Of a stretch of DNA of 64,000 bases, positions 62,602 to 64,000 are shown piece by piece. This DNA is from Bigelowiella natans CCMP2755 (lineage: Eukaryota > Protista > Cercozoa), in contig ADNK01002286.1 of the NCBI GenBank assembly GCA_000320545.1, forward strand, positions 62,001 through 126,000. Reading direction: 5' to 3'. Made by a program: the position numbers and the translations under genes. Below the pieces are notes generated by a model. The model searched no databases. It had not been told where the DNA came from and saw nothing but the letters and a program-made list of their open reading frames with translations. The stretch's first letter is position 1. Every line of letters begins with the position of its first letter.

Positions 62602-64000
62602 CGATAAACGGCATCATCATCCTCTTCTTGATCCTGCTCCTCCATACTTAAAGTATTTACTGATACAAAATGCAGCTCTCGTCATTACTTACCGATCTCA
62701 TGTTGCATATTGTCTCTTGTTCTTCCATGAACTGTAAGGATTTGAGCACCAGAATCTTGAAATATCATTTAACCAACATTCTTTTCAATACGCACTTAGC
62801 GCCAATATTTGGTACTAAATCTTCGCTCTCCCTCCTCTTTCTCCTCTATCACCACACCACTACCACCACCCCAATTTTGATCATCATCGTCATCGTCACA
62901 GGAAGTATTCTTCTCTTTCCTCCTCCTCCTCTTCCTCCTCCTCCTCCTCCTCCTCCTCCTCCTCCTCCTCCTACCTTGTATAAGGCGTGCAAGCGCAAGG
63001 GTGTCCTTTTCCTTTGGTAGTATTCGTATCTTGGCCGTCACAGGAGTGTTGAGATGGAGATGGGCTGTAAGTATCTTGCAGCATTGATCATAGACAGTAG
63101 AGTAGCAGTAGCAGTAGCACAAAGGGTTATTATTCAGGTAGATGAAATTTCATTAACTAGTAACATAATAAATGAAAAATGTCAAAATTTTGTAACATCA
63201 ACAAAATTCAGTAGCAGCAGGGTTAGAAAGAAATATATCATGGTAAAAAAAAAGCAGCCTACACGCACATTTACTCATCATCATCATCATCATCATCACC
63301 ATCATCATCATCGTTGGAGACGTATATATAGACACAGGATTTCCACCTCGTCTTACATAAGAATCGTACTCTTGCTATTTTAATGATAGTAACAACGAAC
63401 TAAGTCTCGCTTACCATTTCCCGTATCAGACGTGTGTCTTCCAGAAGAAAAGCTCCATAATGACCTCTGCTCATCAAGAATCAATGAAACATATTTTAAA
63501 AAATGCAACAGCATAATACACATCGTACTTGCTTCTACTACTCATTCTTAGCAAGCCTCAAAAGTAAAGAATGCATGGAATAAAGAAATAAAAGAAGATC
63601 CCGTCAGAGAGAGAACAGCTCAGTAACCTTTTTGCAATTCCTTGAGGACATCCTAAGTTCAAATCAACACCATCGCATCGCCCTTCCACTTGCCTATTAT
63701 TGTTATTGAACAGTGACCCACAAACTGAGCACACGAAACTTATACGCAGCACTACTCAACAACGACACGTATTCATTTCTCTTGTAATTACCTTGCTGCC
63801 CCAAGGAAGAGCTCTGGTTTATTGGCACAAAACTGAGCTATGAGTGGTCTATCGCCTTCACAAGTACCGAAAGTCTTATCGATGAATCTGTGAAGTAGTA
63901 AACAACAACAAACGTCTAAACAACAACAAACGTCTGTCGATAAGATGATGGATCTCCACAAGTAATAACTAGTTTCATTCAAGCATTTCGCAGCTTCACT
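60228..64000 (-). CDS. DUS1: tRNA-dihydrouridine synthase, DUS1-like; 5' part lies outside the window
   Basis: DRPLIAQFCANKPELFLGAAR|QVEGRCDGVDLNLGCPQGIAKR|GHYGAFLLED; PVTAKIRIL; HAMRPHMFKFLY; acidic tail DDDDDSDEGNDEVDTTSEDDE*. Confidence 0.9.
61352..61457. repeat. Tandem duplication of an exon end into the following intron (DUS gene)
   Basis: ctcattagtgaaagaatggaaggcatc occurs at 61352 and 61414; the intronic copy carries extra triplets. Confidence 0.9.

Noticed and set aside
1-64000. tRNA, rRNA or telomeric arrays
   Set aside because: None recognised by eye; tRNAscan-SE and Infernal were not run, so small ncRNAs cannot be excluded.

Overview
Gene-dense, intron-rich eukaryotic nuclear DNA with many microsatellites. 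Three genes carry signal-peptide plus transit-peptide leaders, pointing to an alga with a secondary plastid; a chlorarachniophyte is my best inference, not a demonstrated identity. Manual GT-AG splicing gives 13 gene units: triple-KH RNA-binding protein (-), giant USP9X/USP24/USP34-like deubiquitinase (+), orphan gene (-), ankyrin fragment (+), hemA (-), Cys-rich protein (+), claudin/amastin-like protein (-), 7TM-like protein (+), SnoaL-like protein (-), mucin-like membrane protein (+), CGFS glutaredoxin (-), NRT2 (+) and DUS1-like (-, partial). The main signal is architectural. Strand switches at every gene boundary, giving six head-to-head pairs. All six tail-to-tail junctions, plus the left edge beyond the KH 3' end, carry a 0.3-1.2 kb tract rich in short palindromes (CTAG, GCTAGC, CATG, TGCA), most with a recurring 12-mer CAYGCTAGCAYG or a close variant. 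I saw no such tract at head-to-head junctions. This looks like a sequence-encoded bidirectional terminator or boundary system. Gene models and motif positions were read by eye and need RNA-seq and genome-wide counts.
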